Source of the DNA: Candidatus Krumholzibacteriia bacterium
GTDB taxonomy: Bacteria; Krumholzibacteriota; Krumholzibacteriia; Krumholzibacteriales; Krumholzibacteriaceae
Assembly: GCA_963836185.1 (NCBI GenBank)
Contig: CAWIIQ010000001.1
Coordinates: 1,760,001 to 1,824,000 of the forward strand
Reading direction: 5' to 3'
DNA: 64,000 bases
Shown here: positions 40,437-47,530 of the stretch, piece by piece
How the letters are laid out: each line of letters opens with the position of its first letter
Position numbering within the stretch: position 1 is the stretch's first letter
The notes under the pieces: model-generated
Seen by the model: only the letters and a program-made list of their open reading frames with translations
Told to the model about the DNA's origin: nothing
Database searches by the model: none
Position numbers and translations under genes: made by a program

Positions 40437-41567
40437 ATGATGAACGCTTCCCGCAGAAATATGTCCAGAAGGGATTTTCTCGCAACTACAGCAGGATTGC
40501 TGGCTGCCGGAACCGTGGCCGGAAGCCCGATCCTCGCCGCTGATGGATCTCCGCGAAAAGCTGAGTTCTGGGAAATACTGAATAAGGGGAAAGTGAGATG
40601 TAACCTGTGCCCTCACGGCTGCACAATCGCCGATGGAAGACGCGGAGCCTGCAGGGTCAGGGAAAATCGCGGAGGCGAACTCTTTACTCTCTCGTGGGGC
40701 AGACCATGTGCTCTTCACGCCGATCCTATAGAGAAAAAGCCTTTCTATCATTTTCTGCCGGGTTCGACCTCCCTTTCGCTTTCTACTATCGGATGTAACA
40801 TGAAGTGCCTTTTCTGCCAGAACTGGCAGATCTCCCAGTCCTCCCCCGAGGACCTGGAAACAGAGATCGTTAATCCCGGATTCTTCGCGAAAAAAGCTGT
40901 CATGGAGGGGGCCTCATCTATTGCCTTCACCTATGGTGAACCTGTCGTCTTTATAGAATACGCAATGGATATCGCTGAGGCTGCAAAAGCATCCGGGGTC
41001 AGAAGCGTTGTGGTCTCCAACGGCTATATCGAACAGAAGCCGCTTGCCGCTCTCTGTTCTTCCATCGATGCTGTAAAAATCGATCTTAAGGCTTTCGAGG
41101 ATGGATACTACCGCAAGATATGTGGAGCAAAACTCGACCCAGTCCTTCGTTCTCTCGTCGAGATCCGCTCGAGTGGTGTCTGGCTCGAGATCGTCTACTT
41201 GATGGTACCGACGCTTAATGACGATGCGGATACGATAGGCAGGATGGCTGCCTGGATCCACTCCGAACTTGGACCGGACGTTCCCCTGCACTTCTCGAGA
41301 TTTCACCCAGCTTACCGTCTGCCTGACCTCCCTCCCACACCCGTCTCTTCTCTTGAGACGGCAAGAGAGAGGTGCCTGGACGCGGGATTGAATTACGTTT
41401 ATATCGGTAACGTTGCAGGTCACGCGGCAGACTCGACATATTGCCGTTCATGTTCCGAAAAGATCATCGAAAGGTCCGGATACAGGATACTTTCTATCAA
41501 GATGGAAGAAGACAAGTGCCTGTTCTGCGGTACGGCACAACCTGGTATATGGAGGACAGACTCATGA
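40437..41567 (+). CDS. amrS: AmmeMemoRadiSam system radical SAM enzyme with a Tat signal peptide
   Basis: SRRDFL plus h-region; CNLCPHGC...GACRVR; DPIEKKPFYHF; CNMKCLFCQNWQISQ (CX3CX2C); FTYGEP; YVYIGNV; C-terminal CxxC...CxxC. Confidence 0.93.
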   Translation: MMNASRRNMSRRDFLATTAGLLAAGTVAGSPILAADGSPRKAEFWEILNKGKVRCNLCPHGCTIADGRRGACRVRENRGGELFTLSWGRPCALHADPIEKKPFYHFLPGSTSLSLSTIGCNMKCLFCQNWQISQSSPEDLETEIVNPGFFAKKAVMEGASSIAFTYGEPVVFIEYAMDIAEAAKASGVRSVVVSNGYIEQKPLAALCSSIDAVKIDLKAFEDGYYRKICGAKLDPVLRSLVEIRSSGVWLEIVYLMVPTLNDDADTIGRMAAWIHSELGPDVPLHFSRFHPAYRLPDLPPTPVSSLETARERCLDAGLNYVYIGNVAGHAADSTYCRSCSEKIIERSGYRILSIKMEEDKCLFCGTAQPGIWRTDS

Positions 41568-43099
41568 CGAGACGCGCGGCGGCCTCAGGGATCGTCCTCT
41601 TTATGACTCTCGCCGCGGCCGGCTTTTGCGATGCCGGCCTGAAAGGAAGCGACATGGAACAGTCGATCCGGAAACCGGCAGTCGCCGGACAGTTCTACAC
41701 CTCTGATCCGGACGCACTTCGCCTGGAAATCGAGACTCTGATAAATGACGCTGTGCCACCTGACATATCAGGCGATATTCTCGCTCTTATCTGTCCTCAC
41801 GCAGGATATGTCTACTCCGGGCATGTGGCGGCATCCGGATACGCTCTTCTCAAAGAGGGACAGTTCGAGACTGTCGTCGTCATCTCTCCCTGTCATGTCG
41901 AGTATTTCCGCTTCGCCTCGATCTACGATGGCGACGCATACGAGACTCCACTAGGCCTCGTGAAGATCGACAAGGAACTCTCCAGGGAGATCGCCTCCTT
42001 GAGTGACTTCGTACAGATCGGGCCTGACGGCCACGGTACAGGTCCGCGCGGACGGGGCGAACACTCCCTTGAGGTTCAAATACCCTTCCTGCAGGTCGCC
42101 CTTGGGGATTTCAGGATCGTACCGATAGTAATGGGAGATCAGTCCGCCGACGTGGTCGATGGACTTGGAGCGGCTCTGGCCGGGGCCCTCGAGGGCCGCA
42201 ACATACTGATCGTAGCAAGTACCGATCTCTCACATTTTCATGATGATGGAACAGCAAGAAAACTGGACGGTGAATTCCTCAAGCAGCTCGAAGCTTTCGA
42301 CTCCGATGGTCTGAAGAGATCTATCGCATCGGGAAAGACCGAAGCCTGCGGAGGTGGCCCGTCAGCGGCAGCAATGATCGCGTCCGCAAACCTGGGCGGT
42401 CAAGGATGCACGGTTCTCAAATACGCGAATTCCGGCGACATATCAGGTGACCACGGAAATGTCGTGGGTTATGTATCGGCAGTAATAACCGGAAATCGTG
42501 CGGCGGTAGAATCCTGCATCCACGGTGGAAGCATCGGAGATGACGTCGACCGGGAAACGAGGCTGTTCCTCCTGCGTTACGCCAGATCCGTTATCCGGGA
42601 GACTCTCGACATGGATACTGAGGAGATCGAGAGACCCGATTCACCGATCCTCGGAGAGAAACGGGGAGGCTTTGTCACTCTGAAGAAGAACGGCAGACTC
42701 AGGGGCTGCATAGGTTATATCGACGCTGTCAAGCCACTCTACGAGACTATAGGCGAGATGGCATATTCGGCGGCCTTCAGCGATTACAGGTTTGAGCCTG
42801 TTTCCAGGGAAGAAGTCGATGAGCTTTCGATAGAGATATCAGTACTCAGCCCGGTGAGGGAGACCGAAGATCCATCCGAAATCGAGGTCGGCAGACATGG
42901 AATAATCATTTCGGCAGTGGGAAAAAGAGGGCTTCTGCTTCCACAGGTAGCAGTCGAATACGGCTGGGACAGGGAGACCTTCCTCGATCAGACATGCGTG
43001 AAGGCTGGCCTGCCTCGCGGATCCTGGAAGAAATCAGGGACCACGATAGAGATATTCAGTGCCGAGATCTTCTCCGAGGAGGAGTTGGGACTGCGGTAG
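41564..43099 (+). CDS. amrB: AmmeMemoRadiSam protein B (Memo) - protein A (AMMECR1) fusion with an N-terminal signal peptide
   Basis: MTRRAAASGIVLFMTLAAAG; RKPAVAGQFY, PHAGYVYSG, EHSLEVQIPFLQ, STDLSHF; then FVTL...LRGCIG and GLLLPQV. ATGA-coupled to amrS. Confidence 0.92.
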   Translation: MTRRAAASGIVLFMTLAAAGFCDAGLKGSDMEQSIRKPAVAGQFYTSDPDALRLEIETLINDAVPPDISGDILALICPHAGYVYSGHVAASGYALLKEGQFETVVVISPCHVEYFRFASIYDGDAYETPLGLVKIDKELSREIASLSDFVQIGPDGHGTGPRGRGEHSLEVQIPFLQVALGDFRIVPIVMGDQSADVVDGLGAALAGALEGRNILIVASTDLSHFHDDGTARKLDGEFLKQLEAFDSDGLKRSIASGKTEACGGGPSAAAMIASANLGGQGCTVLKYANSGDISGDHGNVVGYVSAVITGNRAAVESCIHGGSIGDDVDRETRLFLLRYARSVIRETLDMDTEEIERPDSPILGEKRGGFVTLKKNGRLRGCIGYIDAVKPLYETIGEMAYSAAFSDYRFEPVSREEVDELSIEISVLSPVRETEDPSEIEVGRHGIIISAVGKRGLLLPQVAVEYGWDRETFLDQTCVKAGLPRGSWKKSGTTIEIFSAEIFSEEELGLR

Positions 43100-44498
43100 A
43101 TATTTGCACATCCAGGTATCTATAAAACTCCAAAGGCTTCGAAAGCAGACCTGAGTGTAGATTTTCAGGGTTCTTTTGTCCGCATTCAGGATAGAATACA
43201 TCGGCCTTTCTACGCTGCGTATATTGCTTTGTTACATATTGTTCTGCGGCTTCTTTAATGTACTGCTCCATGTGCTTCTTCCCGTAGGCCCTCTCGGCCT
43301 CGAGCCGGTTGTGCTTCCCGCACAGCAGCCTGAGATTCTCCGGTGAGTCGTCCCCGCCCCTGGCAAAGGGGACCTTGTGGTCTATCTGCAGGTCCCACGT
43401 GGACCCGCATCTCCTGCCACCGGGGGAGAGAAAGGAACATCGCCCCTTGTCCCTGGCGTATACCTCGTCACGGACCTTCCGGGGGATATGACGGGATTGA
43501 TCAGGGACCTTGTCTGACCTGGGGTCCTGTATATTCGATTTTCCTGCAGCCGTCCCCGATGATCCCTTCTCGGCCCTCTTCTCCCGCTTCTCTTTTCTCC
43601 TGATCCTCCCCTCAGGGCTTTGTCTTTCGATGTACTCGTCCATCAGAAGAGAGAAGAGCTCGCCCAGCTCAAGATGCCTGTGATACTTCGAGGAGAGAAG
43701 AGAACGGACCCTCTCGACCTTTCGCATGAAGTCCGGATCCGCTCCGAACGTGACCTTCAGCCTCTCCTCGAGAACCACTGTCTGCGCGGCGAAGGGCCTG
43801 CTGCCAGTATCAGGGCTGGCTGCCGGCCCTTCGCCGCTGCCAGCTCTGCTCCCCTTCGAAGTGGCAGGATCTTTACCGCCACCGGTGGCGGTGGAGAATT
43901 TACCACCCCCGTCTAATGTGTTGTCTCCGAGGCTGTTGCCATCGTTCGTCTTGTCTCCGTCACTCATGCAAGCGCCATCTCGGACCTCGAGCAGAGTTTT
44001 TACATATACCGGGGTGACCCTGTCTCGGATAGCGCTCTTAGGCCTGCGGCTGCTGACAAGAAGCTCGACCTCTCTCTTCGAGGCTCCCTCTATCCGGCAA
44101 AGAAGATCAGAGACATTCTCCGGTGTCATGATCCTGGTGATCATCGCGAGGTTGGTCATGCTGACCTTCCCGCAGGAGAGCGAGCGGTAGACAGCCGGGT
44201 AGTCCCTGATGCACCTGGCGATACTTATCCTCCTGCCGGCCGTGGACTCGGAGTATCCGAGACGCTCTGTGCAGAACTCATAGAGAGAGCTGAAGCCGAG
44301 AGGAAGATAGAGCTTTCTTCTGTCTATCTCGATCAGGTGGACGAGGATAGAAAGCACGGTCTTTCTCTCAGTCTCAGAGAGCTTACGTATACCGGATAGA
44401 AGGGCCCTGTTTGAGAGAGACTTCAGGGCTTTTGCTCCAGGGATGGTCTTTGTGGATCTACTGCTGGAACGGATCGAGCTCTTCGTCGTCCTCATCAT
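43056..44498 (-). CDS. HNH endonuclease with a DUF222-like helical N-terminal domain
   Basis: N-terminus HLIEIDRRKLYLPLGFSSLYEFCTERLGYSE..AGRRI; C-terminus RDKGRCSF...RCGS...LQIDHKVPFARGG....ENLRLLCGKHN. SD GGAGG lies 5 nt before the ATG at 44498. Confidence 0.88.
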   Translation of the reverse strand: MMRTTKSSIRSSSRSTKTIPGAKALKSLSNRALLSGIRKLSETERKTVLSILVHLIEIDRRKLYLPLGFSSLYEFCTERLGYSESTAGRRISIARCIRDYPAVYRSLSCGKVSMTNLAMITRIMTPENVSDLLCRIEGASKREVELLVSSRRPKSAIRDRVTPVYVKTLLEVRDGACMSDGDKTNDGNSLGDNTLDGGGKFSTATGGGKDPATSKGSRAGSGEGPAASPDTGSRPFAAQTVVLEERLKVTFGADPDFMRKVERVRSLLSSKYHRHLELGELFSLLMDEYIERQSPEGRIRRKEKREKRAEKGSSGTAAGKSNIQDPRSDKVPDQSRHIPRKVRDEVYARDKGRCSFLSPGGRRCGSTWDLQIDHKVPFARGGDDSPENLRLLCGKHNRLEAERAYGKKHMEQYIKEAAEQYVTKQYTQRRKADVFYPECGQKNPENLHSGLLSKPLEFYRYLDVQISTAVPTPPRRRSRH

Positions 44499-44562
44499 CG
44501 TCACCTCCGGGTGAGATCAGGCTATTTATCTCTGCCCCCCATTTGCCCTCTCCATCGGGGAC

Positions 44563-44571
44563 ATTATAACA
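44563..44571 (-). promoter_or_regulatory. Extended -10 promoter of the HNH gene
   Basis: Minus strand TG-T-TATAAT, about 65 nt upstream of the ATG. Confidence 0.65.
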
Positions 44572-44574
44572 CGG

Positions 44575-44740
44575 ACTTCTGGCGGCAAAACAGATGGCCC
44601 GTGGCGCCTCGCCGGGGGCCGGGATAAGCCGGATGCCGGAATCTTCGAGAGAGGCGAAGAGAGGGGCGCTGAGGTCCGCCTGGCGGCGTAATCTACGGCG
44701 GGCACGCAGGTTGGGGAATCGGGCCCGAAAAAGCCGTCAA
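44575..44740. ncRNA. Candidate structured non-coding element upstream of the HNH gene
   Basis: GC-rich with no credible ORF. Stems GGCCC..GGCG/CGCC..GGGCC (44596-44620), TCTTCG/CGAAGA (44642-44660), CCGC/GCGG (44676-44686), CGTA/TACG, and palindrome TCGGGCCCGA (44719-44728). Confidence 0.35.
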
Positions 44741-44880
44741 GGATTATTTTTGGTTTTTGGGGGATATTATTGATTATTTTGAGGATTACTTTTGGGTTTT
44801 CCGACGACTATTCTGGAGTTATCTGGAGTGCTTTTGGGGTTTCGGGATTGCTTTGGGATCTTCGCGGGATATTTCGAGGA
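44741..44880. repeat. Degenerate tandem repeat with a 42-bp period and a ~10.5-bp sub-period
   Basis: GGATTATTTTTGGTTTTT (44741), GGATTACTTTTGGGTTTT (44783), GGAGTGCTTTTGGGGTTT (44825); strong G/T strand skew. Confidence 0.7.
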
Positions 44881-44915
44881 GGAGCAGGTTTGAATCCGGG
44901 AAGATAAGGATGGAT

Positions 44916-47147
44916 TCAGTGAACCGGTGTTATTTTCCGTACAAGCAGTAGTGCCGACACTAAGTGGGTCACTGCTGCAACGGCAGCTGTCCAGTCGAGT
45001 CCTGAGAGCGGTATCAGAAATGTGCCTGCAAGCAGTCCCCCCGCGCATGCTCCGAACATGTCCCATGAGTAAAACAGAGCCGGGGGCGCCCCCCTCTTTT
45101 CGGGCCATGCGATCTCCACGACTGTTCGGTAATAAGCCCCGGTGAGCAATCCTCCCGCCAGGGACAGGAACATGAATCCAGCCATCCCAGTCAGATGCCC
45201 GGACAGCTCCGCAGCCTGCAGGCGAAGCCATACAGGGACGAGAACTGCGCTTATTCCCATAAGAACATGGAAGACGACAAGGTTCGATTTCCCTCTCTCC
45301 TGCAGCTTTTTCGCGAAATACGCACCCAGCGCGGCACCCGCCATGAAAAGTGCCGTCAACATCACGAGTGAATAATAGAGAATCCCCGTGAAAGTCTGGA
45401 ACGCGAACATCAATGAGATCTGTACAGTCATGCTGCACGATCCGGTAAGAAATACGGCAGATTTTGCGGCTGATCCACCTCCCGAAAAGGATGCAAGCAG
45501 TATCGCCGCTGTCAGGAAAGCAATCGGGAACACCCATTGAGGCAGCTGGAGCATGCCTTTAAAAAAGTCCGCCGAAGAAGAGCCCGCTCTGCGGCCGTGA
45601 AGGATCAGCTCACGAGTAACGAGAACAGGATGCAGATCGGTGTTGATCATATCCGGCGCAGATTTCAGCACAGAAGCGAGATGGGCCTTTCTCTCCCCGG
45701 ACAACCTCCACACCAGCTCATCGAGCGACAGATAGTGCCCGCCGAGCCTTCTCTCCCGCAGCCTCGCCAGTATGGATCCCGTATTGACCGGGCTGTCAGA
45801 GGCAATAAAGAACACCGTTCCCCCAGGCACCATATCGACATACTCGAATGAAGCAGCCAGGGTCTGCCGGATCGTCCCCAGGACGGCCGCGTTTCCCTCC
45901 GAGATATAGTTTTCCGAGGAACTGTGTCTCAGCGTCAGTATTCCTCCAGGAGCGAGGCTTCGTCGGGCCGCTTCGAAGAATTCCCGTGTATAGTACCTGT
46001 TCCATCTCAAATTGACCGGTTCAGGAACATTCACGATGATCACGTCATAGAGACCCGATCCGCGCAGCATGAACCTCCCGTCGCCGGTCAGATTTTGCAC
46101 TTCTTCGGATATATCAATTATTCTTACCCTGTCTGCAAGGATCCCGTATCCCGTACGCCACAGGCAGTCGTCTAAAGCTTCAGAAATGTTGCCATCGAGT
46201 TCTATCCAGTCGACAGACTCTACGCCAGGATGACTGAGCGCCTCTTCTGCTCCCCCTCCATGCCCGCCTCCGATAAGAAGCACCGCCGAAGGACGACTGT
46301 GAGCAAGCAGGGGAATATGAATCCTTTCTCCTGCTGCCTCCGCATCCGGATGACTGAACAACCGGGCTCCCCCGGAGAAGACCGATACGATCTCCCTGTT
46401 CCTTGTAACGCATAGTTCAGAGTACCGTGAAGGTACGATCTCCATTACCTCGTACCCGCTGAATACGAGCGACATGCTGGCTCTGTCGATAAACGGGGCT
46501 GCCATGTAACCGATAGCCGCGACAAGGAGGACGATCACCCATCCGAGCCTTCTTCCCTTCTCCGATGTAAACAGAAAGACCATCGTTACGATCGCAGCCA
46601 CGGCGAATCCCGCCGCAAGCTGCGTAAGGTATGCGAATAAAAGAAGAGAGAGAAGCACACCTCCCGCTATCGATCCAGCGGCCTCCAGGATATAAGCCGA
46701 AGCTATGCCCGTGGAAATTCTCTTTCCCGGTTCCTTCGTCACCGCGCTAGCGAAATTGTAAACCGCACCGTACAACAGGCCGAACGGCGCAGTAGAGATC
46801 AGGATCAATCCAGCCGCGGGAAGTATATCCGGCAGAGAGCCGGGAGGATCGACGAGCAGGCTCCTGGCCACACGGATAAACAGGAGGACAATCGGGACTG
46901 ATAGTGCAATTGACACCGAGAGACCAGCAAATGTTTTTTCGACCGGGACAGATCGAGGCCGGAGAAGTCTTCCGCCGATGATGCCGCCGGCTCCGATCCA
47001 GAACAGCCATGAGGCGAGCGCGAGCCCCAGGATCAGCTCGGTGCCGGTTATGATCCCGAGGATCTCCCGTATAAACAGAGTCTGCGCACAAACGGCGCAT
47101 GCTCCGAGAGCGATGATCCTGGCTCGTCTGGATTTTCTGTAATTCAT
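44916..47147 (-). CDS. Polytopic membrane protein with a central spermidine-synthase-like (class I SAM-binding) domain; catalytic motifs altered
   Basis: TM block, then VLLIGGGHGG...WIELDG, GDGR, YDVIIVNVPEP, YYTREFF, L.PGG, then a second TM block. Confidence 0.82.
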   Translation of the reverse strand: MNYRKSRRARIIALGACAVCAQTLFIREILGIITGTELILGLALASWLFWIGAGGIIGGRLLRPRSVPVEKTFAGLSVSIALSVPIVLLFIRVARSLLVDPPGSLPDILPAAGLILISTAPFGLLYGAVYNFASAVTKEPGKRISTGIASAYILEAAGSIAGGVLLSLLLFAYLTQLAAGFAVAAIVTMVFLFTSEKGRRLGWVIVLLVAAIGYMAAPFIDRASMSLVFSGYEVMEIVPSRYSELCVTRNREIVSVFSGGARLFSHPDAEAAGERIHIPLLAHSRPSAVLLIGGGHGGGAEEALSHPGVESVDWIELDGNISEALDDCLWRTGYGILADRVRIIDISEEVQNLTGDGRFMLRGSGLYDVIIVNVPEPVNLRWNRYYTREFFEAARRSLAPGGILTLRHSSSENYISEGNAAVLGTIRQTLAASFEYVDMVPGGTVFFIASDSPVNTGSILARLRERRLGGHYLSLDELVWRLSGERKAHLASVLKSAPDMINTDLHPVLVTRELILHGRRAGSSSADFFKGMLQLPQWVFPIAFLTAAILLASFSGGGSAAKSAVFLTGSCSMTVQISLMFAFQTFTGILYYSLVMLTALFMAGAALGAYFAKKLQERGKSNLVVFHVLMGISAVLVPVWLRLQAAELSGHLTGMAGFMFLSLAGGLLTGAYYRTVVEIAWPEKRGAPPALFYSWDMFGACAGGLLAGTFLIPLSGLDWTAAVAAVTHLVSALLLVRKITPVH

Positions 47148-47530
47148 GTCAGGGAATGCTGATCGCCGTAGTAGTCTTCCTCGAACACCTGTTTAAAATC
47201 AAAGACATCGTCGAAATCCTCGATCGAGTCTTTCTCGCTGTTCTCAAGGAGCCCCGCGTCGAGCAGGCCGAAGACGATGTTACCGATATCCCGCGTAGTA
47301 TATATACCCCAATGGTTGAGCACCTGCTTCGCCATCGGGCCGAATTGCCTTGTGGCGATCTCTCTCAATCCATCGAGAAGTTCTTCCCCTGATATATGGT
47401 CAGTGGCATGAAGCATCTCGATGGTAGACTCGACACCGGAAAGTACAAATCGCCAGGCGTACTTCTCGTACCTGCCGTCTGATCCGGCTGCCACATCGAC
47501 CTCCGGCCACCTGTCGGAATCGTGTCTCAA
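47144..47530 (-). CDS. Minf_1886-family (Verruco/Plancto-type) small protein
   Basis: HISGEELLDG, QFGPMAKQVLNHWGI, DIGNIVF, DSIEDF. Confidence 0.8.
   Translation of the reverse strand: MRHDSDRWPEVDVAAGSDGRYEKYAWRFVLSGVESTIEMLHATDHISGEELLDGLREIATRQFGPMAKQVLNHWGIYTTRDIGNIVFGLLDAGLLENSEKDSIEDFDDVFDFKQVFEEDYYGDQHSLT

Noticed and set aside
43056-44498. IscB/Cas9/TnpB or group II intron-encoded protein
   Set aside because: No PLMP, RuvC or reverse-transcriptase motifs; only a C-terminal HNH is recognisable.
44741-44880. CRISPR array
   Set aside because: The units are short, degenerate and non-palindromic, the intervening sequence is itself low-complexity, and there are no cas genes. Kept only as an unexplained repeat.
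44767-45537. 256-aa alternative-frame ORF running into the repeat tract
   Set aside because: It overlaps the membrane protein gene on the same strand in another frame, and its tail is just the translated low-complexity repeat.
44916-47147. Functional spermidine synthase (speE)
   Set aside because: Both diagnostic aspartates are substituted (GGGH, IVN), and the protein is polytopic.
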